From positions 1-36,992 of the forward strand of contig CAMUQM010000001.1 of NCBI GenBank assembly GCA_947095945.1: 36,992 bases of DNA. Reading direction: 5' to 3'. Of the stretch, positions 17,775 through 27,927 are shown piece by piece. The notes beneath the pieces were generated by a model. The model worked only from the letters and a program-made list of their open reading frames with translations, was not told the origin of the DNA and searched no databases. The stretch is from an uncultured Prevotella sp. (GTDB lineage: Bacteria; Bacteroidota; Bacteroidia; Bacteroidales; Bacteroidaceae). Made by a program: the position numbers and the translations under genes. Position 1 is the first letter of the stretch. The number at the start of each line of letters is the position of its first letter.

Positions 17775-18377
17775 TTAATGACAGCCACAGCAGCCTTCTT
17801 CGCCCTCCTCATGACCTCCGCAACTACAGTCACCTTCACAGTCGCTACCGCAGCTTCCGCCACATCCACCATTACAGTGGTGCTGATTCATCTGCTCGAA
17901 GAAATCTTTTACTTCCTCTTCGTTTGCCTCACGGTTTTCGAAAACATGACCATGGAAAATAAGGTCCTTACCTGCAAGAGGGTGATTGAGATCGATGGTT
18001 ACCTTATCGTCTGATACTTCCAAAACCTTACCTAAGAAGCGCTGACCTTCTTCGTTCTGCAAAGGAACGACAGCATCCTTGTAGATATTCTCAGCATCAA
18101 AGACTCCGTTAGGAAAGAATGTAGCCTTGTCGAGTGCCAAAACACTGTTGTCATCATGCTCACCATAAGCCTGCTCCTTTGTAAGAGAGAACTTAAAGTC
18201 TGTATCTTTCTCAAACTTAATGATTTCCTGTTCAAAGGCTGGTAATGCCATGTCACAGCCTGTATAGAGTTGCATAGGCTGCATGTCATCTGTCTTTTCG
18301 AGGAGTAGCTCCTCACCATTTTCTATACTGTATAGTTCGTAACTGACTACAATGAGTCGATGTGTATTATTCTCCAT
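17775..18377 (-). CDS. slyD: FKBP-type peptidyl-prolyl isomerase with Cys/His-rich tail
   Basis: QAYGE, IDLNHPLAGKDL; C-terminal HHCNGGCGGSC...CCGCH; -7 motif at 18416-18423. Confidence 0.92.
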   Translation of the reverse strand: MENNTHRLIVVSYELYSIENGEELLLEKTDDMQPMQLYTGCDMALPAFEQEIIKFEKDTDFKFSLTKEQAYGEHDDNSVLALDKATFFPNGVFDAENIYKDAVVPLQNEEGQRFLGKVLEVSDDKVTIDLNHPLAGKDLIFHGHVFENREANEEEVKDFFEQMNQHHCNGGCGGSCGSDCEGDCSCGGHEEGEEGCCGCH

Positions 18378-18721
18378 TGTTATTTTTATTAATCTATAGT
18401 TATTATACGTATTTGCAAAGGTAATGATTTAAAACGGAATAAAATCTGCTTAGTTACTGTTTTTTCCTTTTTACGGTGCTATTATACGTGGTCTATTAGG
18501 AAAGATAGGGTTAAACCTATGGTTTTGTTACTGATATAAATCAAATGTATTGATGTGCATCAAAAATATAATCAAAAGTTAATGATAAGTAACGAATAAT
18601 TATATTATACGTGGGTAATATTGTAACTTTGCACTCGTAATAAGGAAATTAATTACAGAATATAAGATAAATGGTAAGTCTTTTAATAAGACTTTAAATA
18701 ATTAAGAAAGGATAATAAATT

Positions 18722-19090
18722 ATGAAGAAGATTGTATTGACAGTAGCAGCGGTAATGAGTATGACTATGGCTTTCGCAGCAGGTGAGAACGATAACAACA
18801 ACACAACTACAAACGCAAATGCATACAAGTTTAATGTAAGCACATATGCTCTGAGCCGTGCACTGAATCTCAATTATGATCAGGTTGATGTTGTTGAGGA
18901 TATTAACCGTACTTTTGCTACAGAGATGATGAATGCTTCTGTTGCTGATAGTTCAGAACGTGAGGCTAAGGTACAGAGTGCTATTAAGAAAGATCTTTCT
19001 TATATGCGTTATGTTTTGAATGATCGTCAGTATCGTGAGTATGTAAAGATTCTCAACGTTACATTGAACAATCGTGGTTTGAACAAATAA
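18722..19090 (+). CDS. Small exported helical hypothetical protein
   Basis: Signal peptide MKKIVLTVAAVMSMTMAFA; own promoter motif (18624-18631) and terminator. Confidence 0.85.
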   Translation: MKKIVLTVAAVMSMTMAFAAGENDNNNTTTNANAYKFNVSTYALSRALNLNYDQVDVVEDINRTFATEMMNASVADSSEREAKVQSAIKKDLSYMRYVLNDRQYREYVKILNVTLNNRGLNK

Positions 19091-19137
19091 GAAATCATCA
19101 TATTCTCATATAGAGAAGGTTTCATATATGTAAATGG

Positions 19138-19174
19138 AAGGCTATGAGTCAGTAATTGACTTGTAGCCTTTTTT
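19138..19174 (+). terminator. Intrinsic terminator
   Basis: aaggctatgagtca-gtaat-tgacttgtagcctt-tttt. Confidence 0.85.
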
Positions 19175-19276
19175 GTGTGTTATGGGTGTTGTCAGGTAAA
19201 CATTTCCTATTACAAGTTCATGTTTTATCATATCTTATTAACAATGAAAATGAATCCTTCTAACCATTTACAGCCT

Positions 19277-19380
19277 ATGTGTTGTTGCTCAACACATGTT
19301 GTGTTAGTGCTTAGCACATATTGTGTTGTACCTCCGCACGTCTCGTGCTGTTGGTAAGCACCAATGGTATTGAGTGCTAA
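19277..19380 (+). repeat. Interspersed modular palindrome element (family B), 4 modules
   Basis: atgtgtt-N7-aacacatgttgtgtt-N7-agcacatattgtgtt-N7-cgcacgtctcgtgct-N7-agcaccaatggtatt-gagtgctaa. Confidence 0.85.
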
Positions 19381-19469
19381 GAAGACTTGCAGAAGTCGTT
19401 TTTTTTTCGTTCCTTTGTAGCTGAATATACGACTTATAACATTTTATTTGCAATTAGCCCGATAAAGAA

Positions 19470-21557
19470 ATGAATCGTTTATTAGTTTATATACTATTTA
19501 TATTTACCTCTTTCAATATTAGTGCTCAGCGCCCTCGTTATGAGAAGATGTCACCCTTTGTTCGTGAGGCAATGGCTTCTGCGCTGGTTTCTAAGCAGCT
19601 TACTCGTAGTCAGAGTGACAATAGGTTGCTGACTGCTTTTGTGCGGATTGAGGGTAATGCGGGAGAAGTTCTTAGACAATATGGCTGTAAGGAGTTGGCA
19701 CGTATTGGGGATATTAGCATTGCTGCTATTCCTCTTAATAAACTCGGAGCCTTGTCATGTGGTAGACAAGTGAAACGGATTGAAACTGGTAGACGGTGCA
19801 GTGTGCAGATGGATACGACACGACTGGTTGTAAATGCTGAGACTCTTTATACTGGGGAGGGATTGTCACAAAGTTATACTGGGCGTGGTGTCGTTGTTGG
19901 TGTACAAGACATTGGTTTTGACTTGACACATCCTAACTTTTATTCAGCAGATATGAGTCGTTATCGTATTCAAGCAATGTGGGATCAGCTGTCGCGTGAT
20001 ACGATAGGTTCTACATTATATGTAGGGCGTGATTATGTGGGAAAGGATGCTTTGTTACAATTGGGTCATCCTGTTGATGGTGAAACACAAACACACGGAA
20101 CACATACCGCTGGTATTGCTGCTGGTAGTGGGGCAGAAGGTAACGGAGTGGTTTCTCCTTATCGTGGTGTGGCCTGTGATGCTGACTTGGTGTTGGTTGA
20201 TAATGCTGCTGATAATGCTTCGCTGATTGATCCGAAGGATTATTATAAATATACTTATGCGACAGATGCACTTGGATTTAAGTATATATTCGATTATGCG
20301 GAGCGTACGTATCAGCCTTGTGTCATTAATTTTAGTGAGGGTAGTTCGCAGGATTTTCATGGATATGATCAGTTGTATTACGAATTACTGGCAAAACTGA
20401 TAGGACCCGGTCGTATCATTGTTTCTTCTGCTGGTAATGATGGAGCAAGGAATACGTACATACATAAGGGGGTTGGACAGGAAAGAGCTGGAGCTTTTAT
20501 CATGAGCAGAGAGAAACGCTTTAGTTGTACGGCTAAATCCAAGCAGGCGTTTACTTTTCGTGTAAGTATATATGATAATGTTGAGTCACCTACAAGGATT
20601 GATGTCTTAACGGCTGATGTTTGTAGTGCTCGTGACTCACTTCTTACTGATTCCTTATTAGTAGGTGGAAAGAAATATATATGGCGAGTGCTGGCTTATC
20701 CTAATAGTTATGATGCGAGTGAGACGGCTTATGACTTTCAACTTAGTAGTCCTTCAAAAGTAGGAGATAGCCCGCAGGTTTCACTCCAAGTTATGGGTAG
20801 AGGGGCTGATGTAGAGCTCTATCGTATGTCGGGATATATGTTTCCTCACACACTTGACCCAGTGTTGGATGCAGGTGATTGCACTTATACTATCTTTTCG
20901 CCATCCAGTTCGCCTGATGTGATATGTGTTGGTTCAACAAGCTATCGTACACAGTTTATCAATTATTTAGGTGAAAAGAAAGTGTATGACAGTGGGCGGA
21001 ATGGCATACGCTCTCCATTCTCAGCTATGGGACCAACATTAGGCGGACGTATAAAGCCAGATGTAATGGCACCGGGACAGAATATCGTTTCATCTTATAG
21101 TACCTTTTTTATCAACAATCCAAAGAATGTAAATGGTTCTGTGCAGAGTGATGTTCGTCATTTTGATTATAATGGTCGTATCTATGCATGGAACTCTAAT
21201 GCAGGAACGTCTATGTCTGCGCCTGTGGTGGCTGGTGCGATTGCACTTTGGTTACAAGCAGATCCAACGTTAACCCCAGCAGATTGCTTAGATATCTTCT
21301 CTAAGACTTGTACTCGTTATGATGCATCACTCACTTATCCTAATAATCTTTATGGATATGGACAGATTGATGTTGCAGCAGGTCTGAGAGAAGTGTTACG
21401 TAGAAAAGCTTTGGGTATCGATACAATTGATGATAAGAGGAAGCAGGAGCGATATGATAATCGAATTTATCTCTTAGATGGTCGTTATGTAGGTACTTCT
21501 GATGTGAACCTACCTAAAGGTATCTATATAAGAAATGGTAAGAAGTTTATAAAGTAA
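19470..21557 (+). CDS. S8 (subtilisin-like) serine protease with probable T9SS C-terminal signal
   Basis: Triad motifs VGVQDIG, HGTHTAG, GTSMSAP; SAGN oxyanion motif; signal peptide; C-terminus IYLLDGR...LPKGIYIRNGKKFIK. Confidence 0.93.
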   Translation: MNRLLVYILFIFTSFNISAQRPRYEKMSPFVREAMASALVSKQLTRSQSDNRLLTAFVRIEGNAGEVLRQYGCKELARIGDISIAAIPLNKLGALSCGRQVKRIETGRRCSVQMDTTRLVVNAETLYTGEGLSQSYTGRGVVVGVQDIGFDLTHPNFYSADMSRYRIQAMWDQLSRDTIGSTLYVGRDYVGKDALLQLGHPVDGETQTHGTHTAGIAAGSGAEGNGVVSPYRGVACDADLVLVDNAADNASLIDPKDYYKYTYATDALGFKYIFDYAERTYQPCVINFSEGSSQDFHGYDQLYYELLAKLIGPGRIIVSSAGNDGARNTYIHKGVGQERAGAFIMSREKRFSCTAKSKQAFTFRVSIYDNVESPTRIDVLTADVCSARDSLLTDSLLVGGKKYIWRVLAYPNSYDASETAYDFQLSSPSKVGDSPQVSLQVMGRGADVELYRMSGYMFPHTLDPVLDAGDCTYTIFSPSSSPDVICVGSTSYRTQFINYLGEKKVYDSGRNGIRSPFSAMGPTLGGRIKPDVMAPGQNIVSSYSTFFINNPKNVNGSVQSDVRHFDYNGRIYAWNSNAGTSMSAPVVAGAIALWLQADPTLTPADCLDIFSKTCTRYDASLTYPNNLYGYGQIDVAAGLREVLRRKALGIDTIDDKRKQERYDNRIYLLDGRYVGTSDVNLPKGIYIRNGKKFIK

Positions 21558-21609
21558 AACAAACGACTCCCTAAAAGTAGGTATTTTGCACAAACCATCA
21601 TTTTTAGGT

Positions 21610-21641
21610 ATTGCAGGTAATAGTTTTTCATCGTATCTTTG
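21610..21641 (+). promoter_or_regulatory. Promoter for flavodoxin-DUF2023
   Basis: TATCTTTG at 21634-21641, ATTG 20 nt upstream. Confidence 0.65.
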
Positions 21642-21687
21642 CAACCGTAAAGATTAATAGAATCAGAAATTAAATCAGTAACAAAAT

Positions 21688-22176
21688 ATGAAGAAGACTA
21701 TTGTTGTTTACGGTTCATCAACCGGTACATGCGAAAGCATTGCAAATACCATCGCTGAGAAGCTCGGCGTTGAAGCTATTAACGTGTCAGATTTCTCTGC
21801 AGATGTAGTAGCAGAGAATGATAACCTTATCCTCGGTTCTTCTACTTGGGGCGCAGGTGAGTTGCAGGACGATTGGTATGATGGTATTAGCGTACTGAAG
21901 GGTGCTGACCTCTCTGGTAAGACTGTTGCGATCTTTGGTTGTGGCGATAGCGAGAGTTATTCAGATACTTTCTGCAGTGCAATGAAGGAGATTTATGATG
22001 CAGCTGAGGGCGCAAACATCCTTCCGGGTGTATCAACAGACGGCTATACTTTTGATGATAGCGAAGCTGTTGTTGATGGTCAGTTTGTAGGTCTTGCTTT
22101 GGACGATGTAAACGAGGACGATCAGACAGAAGGTCGTATTGATGCATGGTTGGCAGCTATTAAGCCTTCATTGTAA
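21688..22176 (+). CDS. fldA: Flavodoxin
   Basis: YGSSTGTCE, STWGAGELQDDW, FGCGD, FVGLALD. Confidence 0.93.
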   Translation: MKKTIVVYGSSTGTCESIANTIAEKLGVEAINVSDFSADVVAENDNLILGSSTWGAGELQDDWYDGISVLKGADLSGKTVAIFGCGDSESYSDTFCSAMKEIYDAAEGANILPGVSTDGYTFDDSEAVVDGQFVGLALDDVNEDDQTEGRIDAWLAAIKPSL

Positions 22177-22227
22177 GATAAATAAACTTAGTGCTTACAT
22201 TATAACTATTCACACGAAGGGATAACT

Positions 22228-22590
22228 ATGATGACAGATATGATGACCGCCGATATGAAGGTGTTGATGAATCACATCTACGAGTTCCAGAAGGGTGTTC
22301 GACAGATGGTTTTGTACACTTGTAATAAGAAGTACGAATCATTTGCTACGCTCCGTCTCGAACGTCAGAATATCCCATATATTATCCAGCCAGTGGGTCG
22401 TGACCGTATGAACCTGTTCTTTGGTCGTCAGGAGTGTCTTGATGCCATCCGGCTGATGATAACTAAACCACTCAACCAACTGTCACCCGAAGAGGATTTT
22501 ATTCTTGGTGCAATGTTGGGTTATGATATTCGCGTGCAGTGCGAGCGGTACTGCGAGCGCAAGTGCCGCACTTGTAAATGTGCGACATAA
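22228..22590 (+). CDS. DUF2023-like protein with Cys-rich C-terminus
   Basis: HIYEFQKGVR, NLFFG, EEDFILGAMLGYD motifs; 51 nt downstream of flavodoxin. Confidence 0.8.
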   Translation: MMTDMMTADMKVLMNHIYEFQKGVRQMVLYTCNKKYESFATLRLERQNIPYIIQPVGRDRMNLFFGRQECLDAIRLMITKPLNQLSPEEDFILGAMLGYDIRVQCERYCERKCRTCKCAT

Positions 22591-22658
22591 GCCATAATTA
22601 TTAAATGATAATCTTGTTCGCGAAATAAATTATTTCATAATGTTTTTGTATTATAAAT

Positions 22659-22684
22659 AGGTTTGTCGGGAGACAAGCCTTTTT
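22659..22684 (+). terminator. Intrinsic terminator
   Basis: aggtttgtc-ggga-gacaagcct-tttt. Confidence 0.8.
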
Positions 22685-22874
22685 ATCTTTTATGTGGTTC
22701 TTACTTACTGAAGCATAAAGCAAAAGCACCAATTGAATGCTCAAATGGTGCTTAATGTATAGCTATTTTAGCTTTTATATGCTTTGTTATCTATAAAATT
22801 AGTAATTCCTCCTTACATTTTTAAAGGGGGAACAATGCTTATTCCTTTTTCCTTTAGAAAAGAAATAAGATTGA

Positions 22875-24134
22875 TTAATCCCTTCTAAATATATCTCTTG
22901 TATATACTTTCTCCTTCACATCATCAAGGCTCTTATCGTAGCGGTTGGCAATGATGGCATGACATCGTTGTTTGAAGTCAGTAAGGTTGTTGACAACAAG
23001 GCTACCGAAGAAGGTTGCACCATCCTCGAGTGTTGGCTCATAGATAATGACTTGCGCACCTTTTGCTTTAATACGCTTCATCACTCCTTGAATAGAACTT
23101 TGACGGAAGTTGTCGCTGTTAGACTTCATTGTTAAGCGATAGACACCGATGATGCACTCTTTTTCGTCTTCAGGACTATAATCGCCACGATCGTAGTAGT
23201 CATAATAACCTGCTTTATGCAACACTTGGTCAGCGATGAAATCTTTACGAGTACGGTTACTCTCAACGATTGCCTGAATAAGATTCTCTGGTACATCGGC
23301 ATAGTTGGCAAGCAACTGCTTGGTGTCCTTAGGCAGACAATATCCGCCATAACCAAAGGAAGGATTGTTGTAGAAGGAACCAATACGTGGATCAAGACAT
23401 ACACCTTGAATGATATTTGATGTGTCCAGACCTTTCACCTCTGCATAAGTGTCTAACTCGTTGAAGTAGCTTACACGTAGTGCAAGGTAGGTATTGGCAA
23501 AGAGTTTAACAGCTTCTGCCTCTGTTAATCCCATAAATAGGGTAGGGATGTTTTCCTCAATAGCCCCTTCTTGCAATAATTGAGCAAAGAGGTGGGCAGC
23601 ACGGTCAAGTCGTTCGTTACCTTCTGGACGACCGACGATAATGCGGCTTGGATAAAGATTGTCGTAAAGTGCCTTACTTTCACGCAGGAATTCTGGTGCA
23701 AAGAGAATATTATTACAATTATATTTTGCTCTAATATTTTCTGTATATCCAACTGGAATCGTAGACTTAATCACCATAATAGCCTCAGGGTTCACCTTCA
23801 TTACGATTTTGATAACCTCCTCAACATGTCGTGTATCAAAGTAGTTCTTTACCGGGTCGTAATTAGTTGGCGTAGCGATGACAACAAAGTCAGCATCTCT
23901 ATAAGCTACCTCTGCATCCATTGTGGCAGTGAGTTTTAATTCTTTCTCTGCTAAATACTGTTCTATATAGTCATCTTGAATAGGTGAACGATGGTTATTA
24001 ATCAGTTCAACCTTTTCTTTTACTACGTCAACAGCCGTTACAGGATGATGTTGACTCAGCAGCGTAGCAATGCTGAGGCCCACGTAGCCAGTTCCAGCTA
24101 CAGCTATCTTTATGTCTTTAATATCCTTATCCAT
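22875..24134 (-). CDS. ugd: UDP-glucose 6-dehydrogenase
   Basis: [33 protein letters not shown]; -7 motif at 24155-24162. Confidence 0.95.
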   Translation of the reverse strand: MDKDIKDIKIAVAGTGYVGLSIATLLSQHHPVTAVDVVKEKVELINNHRSPIQDDYIEQYLAEKELKLTATMDAEVAYRDADFVVIATPTNYDPVKNYFDTRHVEEVIKIVMKVNPEAIMVIKSTIPVGYTENIRAKYNCNNILFAPEFLRESKALYDNLYPSRIIVGRPEGNERLDRAAHLFAQLLQEGAIEENIPTLFMGLTEAEAVKLFANTYLALRVSYFNELDTYAEVKGLDTSNIIQGVCLDPRIGSFYNNPSFGYGGYCLPKDTKQLLANYADVPENLIQAIVESNRTRKDFIADQVLHKAGYYDYYDRGDYSPEDEKECIIGVYRLTMKSNSDNFRQSSIQGVMKRIKAKGAQVIIYEPTLEDGATFFGSLVVNNLTDFKQRCHAIIANRYDKSLDDVKEKVYTRDIFRRD

Positions 24135-24290
24135 TGTCTTGTTCAGATTGTTTGCAAAGATACGTATTTCTATTTGAATAAGACAAAGGATAAGAACAAA
24201 ATCCTTACTAAAATCTTTCTTATCTTTTTTTTACTTTCTATCTCCTTTTCCTATTGCTTGTTTAGTAAGGATTATTTACCTAAATTGGGC

Positions 24291-25016
24291 TTACACCAAG
24301 TGATAAGTTTCTTCAAATGGGCGGCGATATCGGTCTCCCCAAACACCATCTGGCATACGAATACCACAGGTAATAACCATGTTTATTTCTGTATTGTACG
24401 GCAGGTTCAAAGCTTTTTTAACCAATCGACTATCAAAGCCTTCAAGTGGACAGGTATCGTAGCCAGCCTCACTCATTGCCAACATAAAAGTTTGAACAGC
24501 CAAAGCACAACTCTTATGTACATTAACTCGTATATCACCTTCGCTCACCTGACGCATCATTGGGCGGAAAACTCCAATTGTTTGTGCTAACGCCTTACGA
24601 ACAAGTCCCCATAAGCCAAAGCAACGCGAATAGATAAATGGTATCATTTTCGCATAATATAGTTCCAGCTCTTTAATACGCTTATCTATTTTCTCTGTTG
24701 GACTATAGTTCTTGATGTTCTCTTTTTCAAATTCAAGTGTTGCCAGTGCATGTTTCTTGTAGAGGTCTTGTCGGGTCACAAACACGACTATTTGTTGTGC
24801 AGAACGTGCTGTCAACTGATCTAAGCATGCAGGTGCTAACTTCTCCAAAACCTTTTTGTCAGTTACATGATAAGCCTCCCAAAGTTGTAAGTTAGAACTT
24901 GTTGGAGCTAATGTCGCTTGTTCAATACATTTCTTTACAACAGCGTTATCGAGTGGTTTGTTAGAGTCGAAATGTCTAACAGCCCTTCTATGGTCTAATA
25001 TTTCTTGTAAACTCAT
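24291..25016 (-). CDS. Nitroreductase family protein
   Basis: RRAVRHF, APTSSNLQLW, GYDTCPLEGFD. Confidence 0.92.
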   Translation of the reverse strand: MSLQEILDHRRAVRHFDSNKPLDNAVVKKCIEQATLAPTSSNLQLWEAYHVTDKKVLEKLAPACLDQLTARSAQQIVVFVTRQDLYKKHALATLEFEKENIKNYSPTEKIDKRIKELELYYAKMIPFIYSRCFGLWGLVRKALAQTIGVFRPMMRQVSEGDIRVNVHKSCALAVQTFMLAMSEAGYDTCPLEGFDSRLVKKALNLPYNTEINMVITCGIRMPDGVWGDRYRRPFEETYHLV

Positions 25017-25158
25017 AATTTCCTAATTTTTAATAGATGTAAAAGTAGCAAAGTGTGTGCCATTGTTCCTTTTCCGGTAGGTCTTACTTTGTATGCTTGT
25101 AACGATATGTTAAAGCAAAAGTCTGATATGCAATGACAAATAAAAGATGATGTTTGTA

Positions 25159-25194
25159 AAAATCCCAGACAACCTTTCTTTTGTCTGGGATTTT
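25159..25194 (-). terminator. Intrinsic terminator after glnA
   Basis: aaaatcccagacaa...ttgtctgggatttt, perfect 14-bp stem. Confidence 0.85.
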
Positions 25195-25238
25195 ATATTT
25201 GGGCTAACATTAGTCACCCTTTAGAATGGTATTTCGCT

Positions 25239-26744
25239 TTATCCACAGTGGAAATACTGGCGAACAAGTTTCTCCATCATCATCTCCTTGCTCTCTATCT
25301 CTTGGCGTAGAGTTCGGTCATTGTATGAACGGAGTTGCTTGATAATACCATCAATCATAGCAGGAGAGAAGACACCATGTTCTTCATAAACTTTGCGCTG
25401 ACGTTCCAAACAATCGGCAGAAGCAGCACAGCTATCAGGCAGTTGAGCCAATGTGGCATAGCGCTCAGCATTCTTTGGGTCGTGGATATCGCCGTCTGCG
25501 AAGGTTCTTTCTGCTTCTGCTTCAGCATTCTCCATCTCAAAGCCATGACGGCAAGCCACGCAAAGACCAGCTAAAAGCTGATAGATATCAGCCGAAGCAT
25601 CTGGAGAACGCATCTCAACTGTCTGCTTGATAGAGTAGTCACGTGCTGTGAGTGGCTCAATATCATTAGCTTTATGGCACATATCTTCACCAGAAGTCCA
25701 GCCTAATGGTACGCGAACAAGTACAGAGCGATTGCTCATACCCCAGCATACATTTGTAGGAGCTTCTTGATGCGGAACGAGACGGAAATAAGAAGTTGGG
25801 TTCTTGTTGCCAAAGGCTGTGATACTTTCTGCCAAGTCCATCATACCTGCAATTGCACGGCGGGCATCCTTAGATAGCTTTCCGCCATTGAGCATCATAT
25901 TCTTTCCATCCTTCATTATACGCATATGGATATGCATACCAGAACCAGCCTTGCCCACGGTAATCTTTGGAGCAAAAGTAACATCAAGTCCTTCCTCATA
26001 ACCTAAGCTGCGGATAACCCATTTCGCAATGAGTAACTGTTCTGCACATTCATTTGCAGGAACAGGCAGGAACTCAATTTCGTTCTGCTCATAGCAGCGT
26101 CCATTCTCAATAAAATTACCCACTTCAGAATGTCCATACTTAATCTTTCCGCCACACTCAGCAATCAACTGCATAGAGCGCATACGGAAGTCATTGCCTT
26201 TAGAGAAAGGAGAACTCTCGTGATAACCATGCTGGTCGTCAGCAGGGAACACTCCTTCATCTTCTCGGATAACGTAGTACTCTAACTCACCCATAGCATG
26301 AAATTCCATACCAGTCACCTTCTTAAAGGCATTCATAGCCTTTTGGAGAGTATATTCAGGAGATGAAGCTAACGGATTACCATCTCGGTCGAAGAAAGAG
26401 CAGAGCATACAAAGCGTTGGAATCTCTGAGAAAGGATCAATAAATGCTGTAGAGAAACGTGGCATGACGTAGAGATCACTGCTTGCTGCAGCAATAAAGC
26501 TGAAGAGCGAAGAGCCGTCAACACGCTCACCACTTGTAAGTATAGTTTCCAAGTAGTCAGGTGTGTGAAGCATGAAGTTCAGTGTTTTTAAACGTCCGTC
26601 ACCAGCAGGATACATGAAGTTTACCATTCTGATGTTCAAGTCGCTGATAGCTTGCTTGATATCATCTTTTGTAAACTCATGTGAATCTTTGCCTAAGTGT
26701 GCTTCCAGCCTATTGGCAGAATGTTTAAAAAGGTTATTCTCCAT
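25239..26744 (-). CDS. glnA: Glutamine synthetase (type I-like)
   Basis: DGSS, ELEYY, HSEV, NEIE, FAPK...GSGMHIH, RLVPHQEAP, NRS..VRVP, EMRSPD. Start at MENN (26744); -7 motif at 26782-26789. Confidence 0.92.
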   Translation of the reverse strand: MENNLFKHSANRLEAHLGKDSHEFTKDDIKQAISDLNIRMVNFMYPAGDGRLKTLNFMLHTPDYLETILTSGERVDGSSLFSFIAAASSDLYVMPRFSTAFIDPFSEIPTLCMLCSFFDRDGNPLASSPEYTLQKAMNAFKKVTGMEFHAMGELEYYVIREDEGVFPADDQHGYHESSPFSKGNDFRMRSMQLIAECGGKIKYGHSEVGNFIENGRCYEQNEIEFLPVPANECAEQLLIAKWVIRSLGYEEGLDVTFAPKITVGKAGSGMHIHMRIMKDGKNMMLNGGKLSKDARRAIAGMMDLAESITAFGNKNPTSYFRLVPHQEAPTNVCWGMSNRSVLVRVPLGWTSGEDMCHKANDIEPLTARDYSIKQTVEMRSPDASADIYQLLAGLCVACRHGFEMENAEAEAERTFADGDIHDPKNAERYATLAQLPDSCAASADCLERQRKVYEEHGVFSPAMIDGIIKQLRSYNDRTLRQEIESKEMMMEKLVRQYFHCG

Positions 26745-26958
26745 TGTTTTATTTTTAAAAGTTAGTATTCGATTATGATGACAAAAATACATATTATATT
26801 TTTAATTCGCAATTATTTTTTCTACTATTTTACTTTACCTCATTATCAATGAGATACCCATTGTTTTTCTTTTTGCACAATTTTCTTTTATATCAATAAC
26901 TTGATGTTAGGTTTTCTTTGTATTTTTGCATCGTAGGAAAAACAAAAGTAGGAATCTT

Positions 26959-27480
26959 ATGACAAAGAAGAAAACAATAAATCTGTCAGATGGTCGTATT
27001 GTCTGTAAAGCTTCAATAGATGATTTATCTATTGTTATGGGACTTATAGAGCAAGGGAAATCAAAGATGATAAAGGCTGGTAATCCTAATCAATGGTCGG
27101 TAAACTACCCAGCTGTGGATACAGTAGAGTGTGATATCTCTCAGGGCGATTGTTATCTACTTTATGAGAGTGGTAAGCCCATTGCAACATTTGTGTTCAA
27201 AGCGGGACCAGAACCTAATTATCTACGTATTGATAATGGTAGTTGGCTTGATGACCAACCTTATTATGTCATTCATCGTGTAGCTTCTGTGGAAGGTGTA
27301 CATGGTGTGATGGCTGATATTATCAAGTATTGTTCGGCACTAACCTCATCTATTCGTATAGATACTCATGCAGATAATCGTCCAATGCAAGCTTCTTTGG
27401 CTCGTTTAGGTTTTACTTATTGCGGTATTATTTACGTTGAGAGTGGAGATAGTCGACAGGCTTATCAACGTGTCTTTTAG
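26959..27480 (+). CDS. GNAT family N-acetyltransferase
   Basis: QW...YP, VIHRVAS, IRIDTHADNRPMQ..L.RLGFTYCG; -7 motif at 26921-26928. Confidence 0.88.
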   Translation: MTKKKTINLSDGRIVCKASIDDLSIVMGLIEQGKSKMIKAGNPNQWSVNYPAVDTVECDISQGDCYLLYESGKPIATFVFKAGPEPNYLRIDNGSWLDDQPYYVIHRVASVEGVHGVMADIIKYCSALTSSIRIDTHADNRPMQASLARLGFTYCGIIYVESGDSRQAYQRVF

Positions 27481-27540
27481 TTGTTTTTCATCGTATAACC
27501 TTGTTTTTATTTTATAATAAAGTGCTTATTTTGTCTTTGA

Positions 27541-27731
27541 TCGTATAACTTTTTATCCTTCATTGTGGACTCTTTTATATGGACCTAAGTTTTACGTCCG
27601 AATTATTTTCGTGAAAAGAAGAATTTATTTACGTGAAGAAAAATATTTTTCTTCATGAACAAAAATATTTTTTTTCATGAAAATAATTTGTAGTTAGTAG
27701 TCGGAATGGTCATATATAATTGGTTATACGA
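27541..27731. repeat. MITE-like nested inverted-repeat element enclosing a 22-bp-period array (family C, copy 2)
   Basis: Cores at 27608, 27630, 27652, 27674; nested IRs tcgtataac/gttatacga, tccga/tcgga, aattattttcgtgaa/ttcatgaaaataatt. Confidence 0.75.
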
Positions 27732-27842
27732 GTCTTATATAGCTATTCTCCTATAGCTTAAAAGCATGCTTTAGGAGTATAATAAGTTATGCTTAATAAA
27801 ACACTAAATTTATCCTTTGCCTTTATCAAAATGTAAGGAAGC

Positions 27843-27914
27843 AATAAGGGCACACGTTTCATACTTCTGTGTTAAGAGTTTGTTTACAGATGTGTGAAAG
27901 GTGTGCCCCTTATT
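27843..27914. terminator. Long hairpin downstream of the mgtC-like gene
   Basis: aataagggcacacgtttcatac ... gtgtgaaaggtgtgccccttatt. Confidence 0.65.
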
Positions 27915-27927
27915 ATGATGCTTGTAT

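Noticed and set aside
19175..19357. Cys-rich 60-aa ORF as a possible RiPP or bacteriocin
   Set aside because: GTG start right after a terminator; much of the Cys content comes from the TGTG-rich family B repeat; no modification genes.
24200..24273. Perfect 13-bp inverted repeat (aatccttactaaa/tttagtaaggatt) upstream of ugd, as an invertible promoter
   Set aside because: The ugd -7 box (24155-24162) lies outside the repeats, no promoter motif is inside, and no recombinase is nearby; more likely an RNA stem.
27755..27820. Possible further phased array (atgctt/atcctt at 23-bp spacing)
   Set aside because: Too degenerate and AT-rich to separate from chance.
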